Positions 62,532-64,000 of a DNA stretch of 64,000 nucleotides are shown piece after piece. The notes beneath the pieces were generated by a model. That model ran no database searches. It had not been told where the DNA came from and saw only the letters and a program-made list of their open reading frames with translations. The translations under genes were made by a program, and so were the position numbers. Positions within the stretch are counted from its first letter, which is position 1. Each line of letters opens with the position of its first letter. This DNA is from Dictyostelium discoideum. Taxonomy: Eukaryota. Where the stretch lies: assembly GCA_000004695.1 (NCBI GenBank), contig CM000150.2, positions 2,752,001-2,816,000 of the forward strand, given 5' to 3'.

Positions 62532-63989
62532 TCAATGGATTTTAATATTTAATAAAGAAATTATTATTAAAATAATAACTAACAATTGATATGAAACAGA
62601 TTTACCATCAACTGAACCATTTGGATGATCATCATCACCAGTGGTAGAGGTATAAGTGGTTTCACCGGTGGTTGTAATTGAAGAAGAGGTTGAGGTTGTA
62701 ACTGAAGAAGAGGTTGAGGATGTTGTTGTTGTTTTTTTAGAGCAAACTGTTTTAGAACCAATAGATATAAAACAATCTTTACAAATTGGATTTTTTTCAA
62801 AAATCTCACTACCATCATTATTTGATGTAAATGAAATTGATGAGCCTGTGCAATCAATTAATTGATCATCATTTGAATTTCCGGAATATTTAAAAGTATT
62901 GGAATCGTACATTACATTTGAATTCAATGATTTGATGATTGGTTTGTTATTACTATTTGAAAATGTGTTTGAACTGAATGAAATCATAGAGTTATTTGAT
63001 TCTGCCAAAACACCATCAAAGTTATTAAAAGTATTTAACATAATTAAAGTAATATTTACGTTATTTGAAATTTTTAACAAAGAAGCAGGAGTTGAACTTT
63101 TTGGACCTATAATTTGATTAAAAGTTGAAGATTCAATTGATATGTCCTTTGCATCGATAAAATATAACTTTTGGGTTTTAGTGCCAAAAGAAACTTGATT
63201 AAAAGAACAACCAATTAATTTTTTTTTTGAATCTATCTCTTCAACAATAAAAGAATCGTCAAAGGATACTGAATTGAATTTTGTAAATGTAAAAGATGTT
63301 GTGTATTTTTTGCCAAAAAAGGAATATTCTCTAAAAGTAACGTTTTCAAAAATTGAGTTTTCAAAACTAATTGAATTTACTTCTTTTGATTCCCCAAATC
63401 CTGTGAATCCCAAGTTTGTAGAATTTAAAAATTTACATGTATCAAAAATATATTGTGTTTCCATCTTTCCATATGTATCTGAATATAAGATGTGATAGTT
63501 AAGGCTGAAAAAGTTTACAAAGGCAACATTGGATACTTTTAAAAATGTTTTTGAAGAAGGTGGATTTTGACCTTTACTATCAAAATCAATCAAATAATGT
63601 ATGAGATCAGATCCATCAATAATGACATCATTAGAGTTTGAAGTGTATGTTGAAATTGTTATATGTAAACCCAATCCACTTTGTATATAATTTACTTTAC
63701 CAGAATATGTTCCATCAGCTAATTTCAAAACCAATGTAGAATTATAGTTTTCTGGTTTGCTATTATATTCATGGAAATAATTCACAGCGTCCACAATATT
63801 GTTACATGAGTCTTCAAAAGAACTACCACATTCACTTGAATATGAATTGGTTTTGTTAGAATCAACAATTAAATTTAAAATTGTAGGGTTGGCATTTGGA
63901 CTAGAAACTAAATTTGAACTGGATTTAATAGCAGAAACAAATAAAACACAAAGTAATAATATGATAATATTAAATTTTCTTGATAACAT
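62532..63989 (-). CDS. Secreted Ser/Thr-rich cell-surface glycoprotein candidate with a signal peptide and a C-terminal hydrophobic, GPI-anchor-like tail.
   Basis: The N-terminus MLSRKFNIIILLLCVLFVSAIKS is a signal peptide. There are many N-x-S/T sequons. A C-terminal T/S-rich mucin-like stretch (KKTTTTSSTSSSVTTSTSSSITTTGETTYTSTTG) is followed by the hydrophobic end SYQLLVIILIIISLLNIKIH*. Confidence 0.5.
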   Translation of the reverse strand: MLSRKFNIIILLLCVLFVSAIKSSSNLVSSPNANPTILNLIVDSNKTNSYSSECGSSFEDSCNNIVDAVNYFHEYNSKPENYNSTLVLKLADGTYSGKVNYIQSGLGLHITISTYTSNSNDVIIDGSDLIHYLIDFDSKGQNPPSSKTFLKVSNVAFVNFFSLNYHILYSDTYGKMETQYIFDTCKFLNSTNLGFTGFGESKEVNSISFENSIFENVTFREYSFFGKKYTTSFTFTKFNSVSFDDSFIVEEIDSKKKLIGCSFNQVSFGTKTQKLYFIDAKDISIESSTFNQIIGPKSSTPASLLKISNNVNITLIMLNTFNNFDGVLAESNNSMISFSSNTFSNSNNKPIIKSLNSNVMYDSNTFKYSGNSNDDQLIDCTGSSISFTSNNDGSEIFEKNPICKDCFISIGSKTVCSKKTTTTSSTSSSVTTSTSSSITTTGETTYTSTTGDDDHPNGSVDGKSVSYQLLVIILIIISLLNIKIH

Positions 63990-64000
63990 TTTTTTTTAAT

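Overview
This window is eukaryotic nuclear DNA, almost certainly Dictyostelium discoideum or a close dictyostelid. It is about 78% A+T with long poly(A)/poly(T) intergenic tracts and (AAT)n/(CAA)n microsatellites that are translated as poly-Asn and poly-Gln inside genes. Introns are short (50-200 bp) with GTAAGT/GTATGT...(T-rich)AG boundaries. It is a gene-dense chromosomal arm segment, not a prokaryotic defence island. There are no CRISPR arrays, no rRNA genes and no convincing tRNA. I resolved about 27 protein-coding genes, most of them on the minus strand, and rebuilt many by hand across introns that break the ORF track. Recognisable genes are TAF10, two tandem SEL1L/Hrd3-like ERAD paralogues, ZPR1, two adjacent FNIP-repeat paralogues, a mitochondrial RbfA-domain protein bloated by low-complexity inserts, an ATP9/Neo1-type P4-ATPase flippase in five exons, an INTS14-like VWA protein, an Fbxw7/Cdc4-like F-box/WD40 protein, porphobilinogen synthase, an ankyrin-GRAM-myotubularin phosphatase, EF-1alpha, a 2H-phosphoesterase, a large atypical SDR-domain protein, a Stealth-family (capsule phosphotransferase-like) protein, a cytochrome b5-fused delta5-type fatty-acid desaturase, tryptophanyl-tRNA synthetase, polyubiquitin (4 units), and a secreted Ser/Thr-rich surface protein. 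The most unusual locus is at 10.0-13.1 kb: a recently duplicated family of small three-exon membrane-anchored proteins of unknown family, with a conserved CCAAT-containing promoter block repeated three times and a truncated pseudogene copy between the two intact genes. Together with the SEL1L pair and the FNIP pair, that makes three independent tandem duplications in 21 kb. All calls come from reading the sequence and aligning by eye to remembered protein families. No database search was run.
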